Shown: piece after piece, positions 53,301 through 64,000 of the stretch | Position numbering within the stretch: position 1 is the stretch's first letter | Layout of the letters: every line of letters starts with the position of its first letter | Assembly (NCBI RefSeq): GCF_036321535.1 | Contig: NC_087436.1 | Span: 104,348,001 to 104,412,000, forward strand | Length of the DNA stretch: 64,000 bases | Direction of reading: 5' to 3' | DNA from: Camelus dromedarius | Lineage: Eukaryota | Position numbers and translations under genes: made by a program | The notes under the pieces: model-generated | Databases searched by the model: none | What the model saw: only the letters and a program-made list of their open reading frames with translations | Told to the model about the DNA's origin: nothing

Positions 53301-54318
53301 TTAGAAATTGAGTTTTATATACATCGCAGTGTAAGAATTTTACCAAATAACACTCATAGACTGGCATTAACATGAAGAGAACTTAGTATAAATTTATAAA
53401 CTTCCCAAACATGGTGCTTAGCCAAAGCAAGCAGAATGTTAATATGCAAACCTCACATACAGGTAGCAGTTTTATTTTAACACAAAATATTTCAGTGATA
53501 TATTAAAAATCTTTATAAACCAACACAGCCTTTCAGGGTAACCACTTAAGAGTACACCAGCACCTGCATAATTTCTTTAATAAAAGATGAGTATTTGTGA
53601 TATAAACAGCTGTTTAAAACTCTTCAGGGATCCCTAAGAATGAGAGGGAATGAGAGCCCCTCCTGCTCAGAGATCAGCTGGAATCTTCCGTACTTTCAGC
53701 AGGAAGGAACCAAGATGCTAACTGACGATCCTCTACCCCTACCTTCAAACACCTAGGCCAGACCACCAGGGCTGGGCTGAGGAGACTGCCTGGGTGCGGC
53801 CATCTCGCTGGAAAAAGTCTCCAGGTGTTCACAAATGAGTGTCACGGGAAAGTGTAACTTCTATTAAATGACTCGTTCGTGTCACAATGTCCTCGTGAGA
53901 AAAGCCCTCAGAGTAAATACAGGTAAGAATTAGCTCTTGCCACCTGCCTTCATTACCACCTTGAGACCCCACTGTAAATCCGATGCGAATTATAAACCCT
54001 CCCCCAAAATACGCGTGCATCTATACACAATGTCATCTGTATGTAACCTCAGGGGATTCACTGAACATTCAAAATCTACTTTTGGATAACCTGAGGGGCT
54101 TTTTGTTCCCTGTTTCTCAGAGAACATCTTTATGGTTTTGAGTTCTTCCTTGAGGCAGGATGACTGCCATGTCTGAGGAACATCTGGGCTAAGGACCCTT
54201 GAACTTGAGATAAATACCTGAGCACAGCTTCATGTATTTGGGTACAGTTAACATTAAATGAGCTTCTATATGCTGCTAACCTAATAGTTCGCACATTTTA
54301 GATTTCACTGGTAATTTA

Positions 54319-54468
<150 letters not shown>

Positions 54469-55361
54469 CTATATTTCAACAATTAAAAAAGAAAAGGCCA
54501 TCACATATGGAGAGTTTTCATTTCATTCACTGTCAAGAGTATGCAGAAAGAACATGCTATATAATAATACATCACAATTATCTGTCATATACTTACATAT
54601 ACAAAAGCATTTACAAACAAAGCTAGGTATAAAAAACACTTTGAGATGTCAAGCATGTTAAGAATGTGGAAATGTCACTTTGTTCAATGAACTAAAAAAA
54701 ACAGAGCAGGCAGGTACTTGTTTTCTGTATCAGTGCTTTTCAAACTTTAATGTCCATACAAATCATATGGGGTTCCTGTTAAACATGTATCTGTTCTGAT
54801 CCTATAGACCACATGTGGGGCCTGATAGTCTGCATTTCTAGCAAATTCCCAGTTGATATTAATCCTGTTGGTCTATGAATCATATTTTGATCTGCAAGTT
54901 CAGATGACCTTTCCAAATAGACATAATTGACAAATATTCATTCCAACATCAAAGGAAAAATTATCTCTGAAGGCCATTACGGGTATGCTAGTCAGGACAG
55001 TCCATTATTATCTTATATGTTTTTTTTTTAAAAAAAAAAACCTCTAATAGGTATCATTTTGCAGATTGGGAAACAGGCTCAGAGGTCAGGTAAGTACCTC
55101 AAAATCACCTGGTTAGTAGCTGACCGGCCAGAATGACTCCAGTGCTGGCTGCCTGCCTGGCCTGAGCTCTCTCCATTACACACTAGGACCTCACAATCCA
55201 TATATTCCACAAAACACACATGGATATCCGAGATCATCCTATCAAACCTTAGATGTTACTTATCACATGGAAAGTAATCACTGAGTGTTTGATGATTATG
55301 AAGATCACTCCCAACAGCATACAAACACATTAGAACTATTTCTCTTCTAAAATCAGAAGCA

Positions 55362-55502
55362 GGGTGGGGAGGGTGTAGCTCAGTGGTAGAGCGCATGCTC
55401 AGCATACGTGAGGTCCTGGGTTCAATCTCTAGTACCTCCACCAATAAATAAGCAAATAGCCTAACTGCCTCCCCCCTAAAAAAAAATTAATTAAAAAAAA
55501 TC
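55362..55502 (+). mobile_element. tRNA-Ala-derived SINE (vic-1-like) in RBPJ intron
   Basis: GGGGAGGGTGTAGCTCAGTGGTAGAGCGCATGC...GGTTCAATC...TACCTCCA, linker and A tail; near-direct repeats AAATCAGAAGCA / AAATCAAAAGCA flank it. Confidence 0.88.
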
Positions 55503-55519
55503 AAATCAAAAGCAAAGAA

Positions 55520-56870
55520 AACTCTTCCATGATTACACGTAAGTGCCCTTCCCTCTTACCACCCTGTTTCTCGTTCCCCTTTATGGAAAAATTCCTCTTC
55601 TTTACCGCCCCATCTCCTGAAATCTCCAGCCTTTTGTCTCAAAGTCTCCACTGCAACTGCTCTTGGCGAGGCCACTAAGTACTTCAAGACAGATGAATCC
55701 CACGGGCACTCCTGTCTTCATTCTTACTAGCTTTCTCAGAAGCATCTGACCCACACGTTCTTCTTCCAGGGATACACCTGCTGTAACTGGCCTTTAGTGG
55801 CCCAAAGCCAAGTCCTCAGACCTCTTCTCTCTCCACACCCCATACTTGCTACACTCTTCAAAGGCTAGCAACTTCTAAATTTCTATCTCCAGCCATAGCC
55901 TTTCTCGGGCACTCAGCTTATATATTTAACTACCTATTCAACAGTTCCACTAAAATTGCCTATTAGTAGGCCTCCCAGTCTTAAACAAAAACAGAATTTT
56001 TGATTTCTTCCTAAACGTGATCCTCCCTCAACTCACAGCTCAATAGATGACACCACATTCACTCGATCCCCAAACCTTGGAGTTATCCTAGACTCCTTGC
56101 TTTCTCTTACATCCAATCTGTCAACAAATTCTGTTAGTCTGTTTTCAAACAAATCAGTCACCTCTCATCACCTTACCAGTACAATCCCAGGTCTAAGATA
56201 TCACCTCCTGCCTGACTTATGACAAAAGCCCCGCCACCTTCCCCTCTGCTTCCACTGCTTTATCTCTATGCTGTCTTGTCCATAGAGCAGCCAGGATTAT
56301 TCTACCAAGCACAAACCAGCCATCATTCCCTGTTTAAAACCCCCCAGTGGCCTCTCACCACACATAGATAACGTAAAGTCCTTACCCCAGATACAGAGAG
56401 GGACTTGACAAGGTGCTGTCCTAGACTAACCTGGCGGCATCGTTTCCTGTCACCTGCCCCTCCATCCCTCCCCTGGCTCTGGCAATGGCTTCCTTGCTAG
56501 TCTTCACACATTCCCTTCCACCTTAAGTTCTTTTTGTCCTCATTCTGTCTGCCTAGAATGTTCCTCACCCACTTTTTGGTTTCCCAGCTTCATTCTGGTC
56601 CCTGTTCAAAGAGCCCTACTTCCAAAAGGCTTCCCTGACCACTCTAAGCAGTCCCCCAGCTCCCCATCCCTTTATCCTGTTTTAATTTGTCTTCCTATCA
56701 CTTATATTAACCTTTTTAGTGCATTACATGGGTATTTCTGTAGCTGGTTTTTGTCTGTCATACTACCAAAACGTAAGCTCCAAGAGGAAAGGAAGTCTAC
56801 CTTGCTCACCAATGTATCTCCAGCATCCAGACAGTGCCTGGCACATAGAAGGTTATCAGTACGTTGTTAA
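55520..56870 (+). mobile_element. Long L2 3' fragment in RBPJ intron
   Basis: CT-rich L2 body (AAAACCTTGGAGTTATCC, TCCATAGAGCAGCCAG) ending CAGTGCCTGGCACATAG. Confidence 0.7.
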
Positions 56871-58197
56871 TAATGGTACTGCAACTTTCCCTAAGGTATT
56901 CTCTGGGTCCTTCTTTTTTATTGCAGTATTTTTATACTCAGAGCCACATAGTTTTGAATGTTAAAATATTCAAATAAAGAGGACTTTCAAGCAAGGCAGA
57001 CTGGTACTTTACATGAAACTGTAAGTGAAAACACTATTTTAAGATTTGAGTCTGTCTTCTAAGTGGTCCATATATAGGCTGTTGCTGATCACAGGCATAA
57101 CCTCTGAATTGTGCTTTTGTAGCACAAACATTTAATGCCAAAGCAAATAAACATTATTGTCCTTAGAATAGAATGACACAAAATGAATGAGAAGAGAAAA
57201 ACTAGAGCAGAGGTTGCTTTGATTTGTTTTTCTTTCCAATTTTTACACCCTTCTTTCCCTACCTTTCCTCTTTTTATAATTTGTTTTAGTTTCAAGCTTT
57301 TATAACTTAATATTACTATGTTTCATATATTTTGGCTTATTAAGTTGAAATGGGAAATAAAATCACCTTGTACAACCATGATATAGAAAAATATAACAAA
57401 ACAAAAATAAAATGATGCATTTACTTAGATTAATTATAGATCAACCCAGTACTGCTGTAATAGTCCCAGAAAACATCAGCCAATGAAATAGTCCATCAAA
57501 GAGATAAATACAAAGCATATTCAGGAACAGTAAAGCTAAATGATCTTCTGTTCACTCAACACTGACCTCGAATCAAACTTACTCATAAATCCCCTCCATC
57601 TTTAATACAACTACATCGTGTTCTGTTTCAGAAAAGGAGGGGGAATACAGTAGAGGGTGTTTAAGGGGTTTTGCTTCATTTTGCTAAGAAAAGCAGTTTT
57701 TTTTTTTTTTTTTAGTTTCAAAAAGCCCTAACCACTAATCCTCTCTCCAAGAGTAAAAAAGATACCAATTTTATTTAACTTTTAAATCTATCTTCTTGTG
57801 GGAGAGTAAACTAATAAAAATTATGCTTGTATTTTTAAAGAAATTTAAAATTTCTATGCTTTTGAAAACCTGGTCCTATGTTGGGATGCAGCAGGTACCA
57901 CAAAAAATGAGTAATGCATCTGCGTTAAGAAATCATACATCATATTATAATTTTATAGTGCCCTCTATCAAACATGTTTAATATACAACCAAAATTTATT
58001 AAACATAGTATAACAGGAAGTCATTAAGAATGTATTGATAAAAATTGAGTAATTGCTTTAAAGCATTTTTTAAATAAGGTGGGCTATAATTGCCAATGAT
58101 AAACAGCAATGATTATTGATATATTCTTTCTAAATTAAAAAGCATGAAATTGAGGTGTATTTTTACATTTGAATGTTGTGACTTTTCTGTTTTCTTA

Positions 58198-58377
<180 letters not shown>

Positions 58378-58452
58378 TTATCATCTATTAGAATTCACTA
58401 ATCTATGACAAAACTTAATATATTTGTATGTCTTTCTATCAAAAAGAATTTA

Positions 58453-58716
<264 letters not shown>

Positions 58717-58940
58717 TTATGACTATTCTTTATTATAGTTTAATAATTAATAAATTCTAACAATTTTTAATCCTCCAAGAAAACACAGATACCCCCCCAA
58801 AATCAAGAGAACTCTTTATAATGCCAAGCTAAGGACACATAATATGTCCATAAAAATCATTTTTAAATGAGAGCTACACAGTATGTTTAATGTAGTGCTA
58901 TTCATTAAAAGGAAGTTACTTTTAAAATAATAAATGTCCA

Positions 58941-59198
58941 TAACCATAACGTTACCAGGGAAAGGGGGTGGGAAGGGACAAATATGGGAGTTTGAGATTT
59001 GCAAATGTTAACCACTGTATATAAAAATAGACTACAAACAAAATTCTTCTGTATAGCACTATATTCAATATCTTGTAATAACTTTTAATAAAAAAGAATA
59101 TGAAAATGAATATAAGCATATATATGCACGACTGGGACATTATGCTGTACATCAGAAGTTGACACACTGCAACTGACTACACTTCAATTTAAAAAAAA
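58941..59198 (+). mobile_element. 5'-truncated artiodactyl-type L1 3' end with TSD
   Basis: GGGAGTTTGAGATTTGCA...CAACTGACTACACTTCAATTTAAAAAAAA; flanked by TTTAAAATAATA(AA/GC)TGTCCA repeats at 58921-58940 and 59199-59218. Confidence 0.85.
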
Positions 59199-59816
59199 TT
59201 TAAAATAATAGCTGTCCAACAGGAGGAAATTGATTGAATAAACTATATCATTCACCTATTTAAATAATGTATCTAAATGTACTGAAAAGAAAATACCTCC
59301 CCGAAATGTCACTGAATGAAAAGCAGAATATAAAACACTCTTTATGCTGTGGTTTCATTAGGTAAATATACATACATTTTTAAGTGGCTGCATGTGTCTC
59401 CATATGTTCACATCCAGTCCTATGGAATATATTCATAAAGAGGGGTCTAGAAGGATGTTTACCAAAGTTGATGGCATTGCCTCTAGATACTGTGATTTTA
59501 GAGATTTGGTTTCTTTTAAATACTTTAAATATAGCAAAGCATGAAAATTCTTGAAAAAATAACCACATCTATGTAAGTGGGAAATACTCCAAAAGTGAAA
59601 TACGTTCTCTGCCATCAAGAAACTTAGAGTCAACAGTAATACAAAGTTAAAGAGGTTAAATAAAACCATGTAATTTGAATTGGAAACAGCCTAAACGCAT
59701 ATTATCTACCTCCTGATGCAAGGACACTACATCACTATGAAGTAGCCTTGCCCTCCAGCAACAAACAACAACAAAAAAGGACCAAAGAACAACAAACTTA
59801 AATCTGATCAAGCTTC

Positions 59817-59853
59817 TAAGAGTCTCATGCTCTACGGGCTGAGCTAGCCGGGC
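59817..59853 (-). pseudogene. Tailless retrocopy of the 5' half of tRNA-Lys(CUU)
   Basis: Reverse complement GCCCGGCTAGCTCAGcCcGTAGAGCATGAGACTCTTA matches nt 1-37 of mammalian tRNA-Lys-CTT as recalled (35/37); flanked by exact 16-bp direct repeats CTGATCAAGCTTCTAA at 59804-59819 and 59857-59872. Confidence 0.9.
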
Positions 59854-59881
59854 ACACTGATCAAGCTTCTAAATTAACTAC

Positions 59882-60321
59882 TGACAAAGACTCTCTCTGG
59901 ACCAAACTTCAAACAGGCTTCTCTGAGCCCTGTTTTCACTAAGATCCTTCCTTAGGCCCTGTCACTGCCCTGCCTAGACCAATTATTGTAAGAATCCGAA
60001 GTCATCCTCCCACCTTTGATATGTGATCAAGTTCCTTGCCCCCAGCTTTATATCTGATCACCTAGGCCTGTCTTTACAAAACTACTGGTAAGCTAGTTTG
60101 TCCAAAATCCCCCTGCCCTTATTATCTCCTCTTGGTAATTTTCCATCTACTGACCCCCTCAACTCTGCTCCTTGGCTATAAATCCCCACTTGTCCTTGTT
60201 TTTATTTAGAGTTGAGTTTAGTCCTATACTGAAGTCTCAGTTCACTACCACAATAGTAGTGAATAAAATCTGTCTTAACCACTTTTAGTTAGTTTCCAGC
60301 TCCGTTTCTAAAGCTTTGGCA
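59882..60321 (+). mobile_element. ERV1-class solo LTR (MER31-like)
   Basis: Starts TGACAAAGACTCTCTC, TATAAA at ~60177, AATAAA at ~60262, ends ...GGCA; interrupts an old L1 3'UTR. Confidence 0.7.
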
Positions 60322-60440
60322 CCCAATTTATAGAAAAATACATTAAACTACACCAGGGAAATACAATTAGCAAATCCAGTATGTGGAAATCTCTTGTGGT
60401 CAACTGACTCAGTCTCTTGAATAAATAAATTAAAAGAAAG

Positions 60441-60500
60441 GAGAGAGAGTGAGAGTGAGAGAGAGGGAGAGGGAGAGAGAGAGAACAGAGAGATGGAGAG
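60441..60500. repeat. GA-rich simple repeat
   Basis: Seen directly. Confidence 0.8.
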
Positions 60501-62189
60501 AAAATCCACAAATAAAAAATGCTCAAGGACATGTCAACAAAATATATAGTGTAACATCTCATGGATCTTACTTGATTTTGATTCAAACAACAGGCTAAAA
60601 AAACTCCCCACATTTTAAACAGTTTTAACTTTGAGCACTGACTGGGTATTTAATGACACTAAAAATTATGTCTTTTTATAGTTGGCTTATGTTTGTTTTT
60701 ATGTGATCATGGTACTGTAATCATATTAGAAAATGAGATTCTAGATATTTCAGAGATACACAGAAACATTGATAGATGATATAATGTTTGCGGATTTGCA
60801 TAAAACTAAAATGATGGCAAAGGAGAGTGTGGGTAAGGTAGAGTTACAGATGAAGATGAATTAAGCCTGGCCTGGAGTTAAGATCACTGCTGAAAGTTAA
60901 GAGGATGAACACAAAAGGTTTCATGTCATTATGCAAGCTACCTTAGTATGTTTGAAAATTTCCATAATATAAAGCAAATGATGATAATAATGACCAAGTG
61001 GACTAAAAACCATCCATTATATAAACCCCATAAGTTCATAATAAAACAAAACAAAAGCAAGGAAATAGACCAAAATCCTAAAACCTCACTGGTCACCTTC
61101 AAAGAATACATTGCTATTTTGCAAATTATAAACAAGCACTTATCCTGCCTTTTCTCCAGACTACATTTAAAGCAAACATCCAACAAATGTAAAGTTTAAG
61201 AATAAAAAAGAATTAAGAAAAGCATCACTTTGTGACCCTTAATGAAATGCTGCATTTAAGCAGCCATCATCAGGGCTACTAAAATCATTTGGCTACAGGT
61301 TGCTGAGGAACTTTATAACTGATGAATTAGGCTAACAGCTCACCTTACTATAACCCATCTTAACATAACAAGAAGTGGGATAACCACATATTGTGACTTC
61401 TGATTGGTCAGAAATGAACACTTATAGGACCAGCTAACTCTAAAATAAAGTCTAACCAGCAGTTTATGGAAAATATGAGAGGCAGAGGAACGTGTAATCA
61501 GCCAGATCCAGAAAATGGAAATTCCACGGGAAAAATGGTCAGTCTCTTCAACAAATAAATAACACGGAAGGAAAAAAAGGCTAGTGGGGAAGAGAAGAAA
61601 CTATTACAAATTATTATTAAAATTTATGAATTTTGTTTGGATCCAGGTTTGAATATATAAGTCAACTTAAAAATAACAACAAAACCACAACTGTAAAAAG
61701 ATATTTCTGAGATGATATGGCAAATCTGCACATGGACTGGCCATTAGGTGGCATTAAAGAACTACTATCAACTTTTGTTGGCATATTGATGTTTAAAAGA
61801 AAACGATCTGTTAGAGAGTCACTGTTGCAAAAAAGGTTGAAAGGATAAGATGTTTGAGATTTACAATAAAAAATTCTAGGAAAAAACTAGAGGAGGAAGG
61901 TGGTGGTGATAGAGATAATGAAACAGAAGTGGTAAAACCTATTGAGGCCAGGTGGATGGTCACCTTACACTACTTTCTCCCTTTTATTTAAGTTTGAACG
62001 TTTTCATTATAAAATGTTAGAATGAAAAAAGAAAAATGGCTGTAGAGGTTGAAATGTATAATTCAAACAGCATTTATCTGCCATAGTCTAAAAATGTGCT
62101 GGTGAGATAGCAGTCTCTGCCAGAGCAACCATGTCAAAATTTTTGTTTTAGGTCTCAGGATGGCCTTCCAAAGCCCATTTGATGTAAGA

Positions 62190-62395
62190 GTGTTTCTCAA
62201 AGGGGTGCTTTTGATACTCTGCATGGACCAACTCTTTGTGGAATAGGAATTATCTTTGGCACTGCAGGACACTTAGACACTCAATGCAAACATTACTTCC
62301 TCTGTCACTGTGACAGCAAAAAGAAAAATAACTCCAATATTTCCAAATGCCTCTGGGGGGGCAGTGAGGAACCAACTCTGGTTAAGAATTACTTC
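62190..62395. mobile_element. MER20-like hAT DNA transposon
   Basis: AGTGTTTCTCAA start; TTCCAAATGCCTCTGGGGGGGCA and GGTTAAGAATTAC end. Confidence 0.65.
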
Positions 62396-62608
62396 CCTAG
62401 ACCAGGCACTGCCCATTTTGAGTTTAAAAAAAAAAAAAAAGACAATAAAGACAGCAATAATAATTGAATGTGATATTTTCAGAAGTGAGGGCCACAAAAA
62501 TATTTGTGAAGAATGAATGGGCTACTGAAAAGCAATTTTTAATTTAAAAAATAGTTGAATTTGTCTTACTAATTCATGCTGAGAGTTGGGGATAAAAAAG
62601 AAAACTCA

Positions 62609-62815
<207 letters not shown>

Positions 62816-64000
62816 TTAGTGGCACCAATACCCTGTTAGTTATGCACCTACCACTCAGAATGGCTATCACTAGGTTTGGTTAGACTTAAAGGCAGTAATT
62901 CCACTGAAGAGCTTGATAAAACCAACTGTAAAAAGTACTGAAATTGATCTCTGAAAACAAAGTACAAAGTCTTCCTTATCAAGTATACCAAATACTAACA
63001 TTGTATTGTTTTGCCCATCAAAAAGACTTCTAAAAGATAGTCTTTTCTTGTTCTATATTGTTCTACAACTATTTCACAGAATTACCAGTGTTACAGCAGT
63101 ATTTTTTTTAAAATAAAATTCTACAGTTAAAAAAAATCCACAATTGTCTTTCTGCAAATAAAAAACAGAAAGAAGGCTATCAGAATTCAATCAAATTATG
63201 TGAAAGATTTTACCACTGGTCCTTCTCAAAATAGTACATACAATTTTTTTATATATAGCCGAACACTAAAGTAACCACTGTATGTCTGAAGAAAGCAATG
63301 TTAGACTAACTGGATGATTACACTTTAAAGAACTATTTTTTTTTAAATGGCCAACTTTGCTGAATGGGATAATTCATATTGTTTCACCAAAAGAACAGAA
63401 TTTAAAGGCACTAGAGAAAATAAATACAGTAAGGTATTACATCAGTTTACCAGAAAATAAATTCTGGTAACTGAGAAGACAGTATTAAAGAGTAACAGCA
63501 CTTGCAAAACAATTAAGATACTCTGAAATGCTGCTATTTCAACTATATATGACAATTCTAAAATCTTTTCTATTCCCCTGATCTCTGTGAATTAGGGAAG
63601 AGACTAAATTATTGATCTCCGTTTCCAGATTGCGTAAGTAATGCTCAAACACAGCTTAAACATTTAAAGTACCTGAATTACATTTAAAAAAAAAATCAAT
63701 GCTATACTTTAAAATTAGGCTGAACAAATTTCTTTTACTACCTCTGCTGTGTGTTCCTTTTAAAAAGTAGGGCAAATGCCACTCATTCAGAAAATAGCTA
63801 ATGTGTGGAGGTTTTTGAGTCTTTAAAATATTACTCACAGCCAATTTTAGTAACAGAACAAAAATAGTGCCATAGTTTATTTAATTTCTTAACAGCAAAG
63901 TTATATAAGAAAATCTAGGTGCCATCTTGAATATTTTACACTTGATTAAGTTTTTATAAATTCAAAAGCTTTGAGAGGCTTTGTTCGGCAGAAAACAAAG

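Noticed and set aside
55366..55443. Possible functional tRNA-Ala gene
   Set aside because: Has a TSD, SINE linker and A tail, stem mismatches, and no oligo-T terminator after it; treated as a SINE.

Overview
Mammalian genomic DNA, probably camelid: the young SINEs are tRNA-Ala-like elements resembling vic-1, and I see no Alu, Bov-A/Bov-tA or PRE1 copies. The window holds two convergent protein-coding genes. (1) The complete 5-exon coding region of the cholecystokinin A receptor CCKAR on + (13538-21463; exon CDS lengths 112/252/262/128/545 bp = 1299 bp, 432 aa, all introns GT-AG). (2) The last seven exons of RBPJ (CSL, Notch effector) on - (62794 down to the stop at 52205; 175/138/113/141/156/104/316 bp), followed by a ~3.9 kb 3'UTR ending at a double AATAAA near 48304-48313. 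The 5' part of RBPJ lies beyond the window. The rest is intronic or intergenic sequence rich in L1, L2, MIR, MaLR/ERV1 LTRs, MER DNA transposons and microsatellites; repeat family names are from recall, not a library search. I found no new multi-gene system. The most notable observations are a tailless retrocopy of the 5' half of tRNA-Lys(CUU) with a 16-bp target-site duplication in an RBPJ intron, a (GGCCAC)3 expansion giving Gly-His-Gly-His-Gly-His in the CCKAR C-terminal tail, and a strong-Kozak 33-codon uORF in frame with CCKAR.
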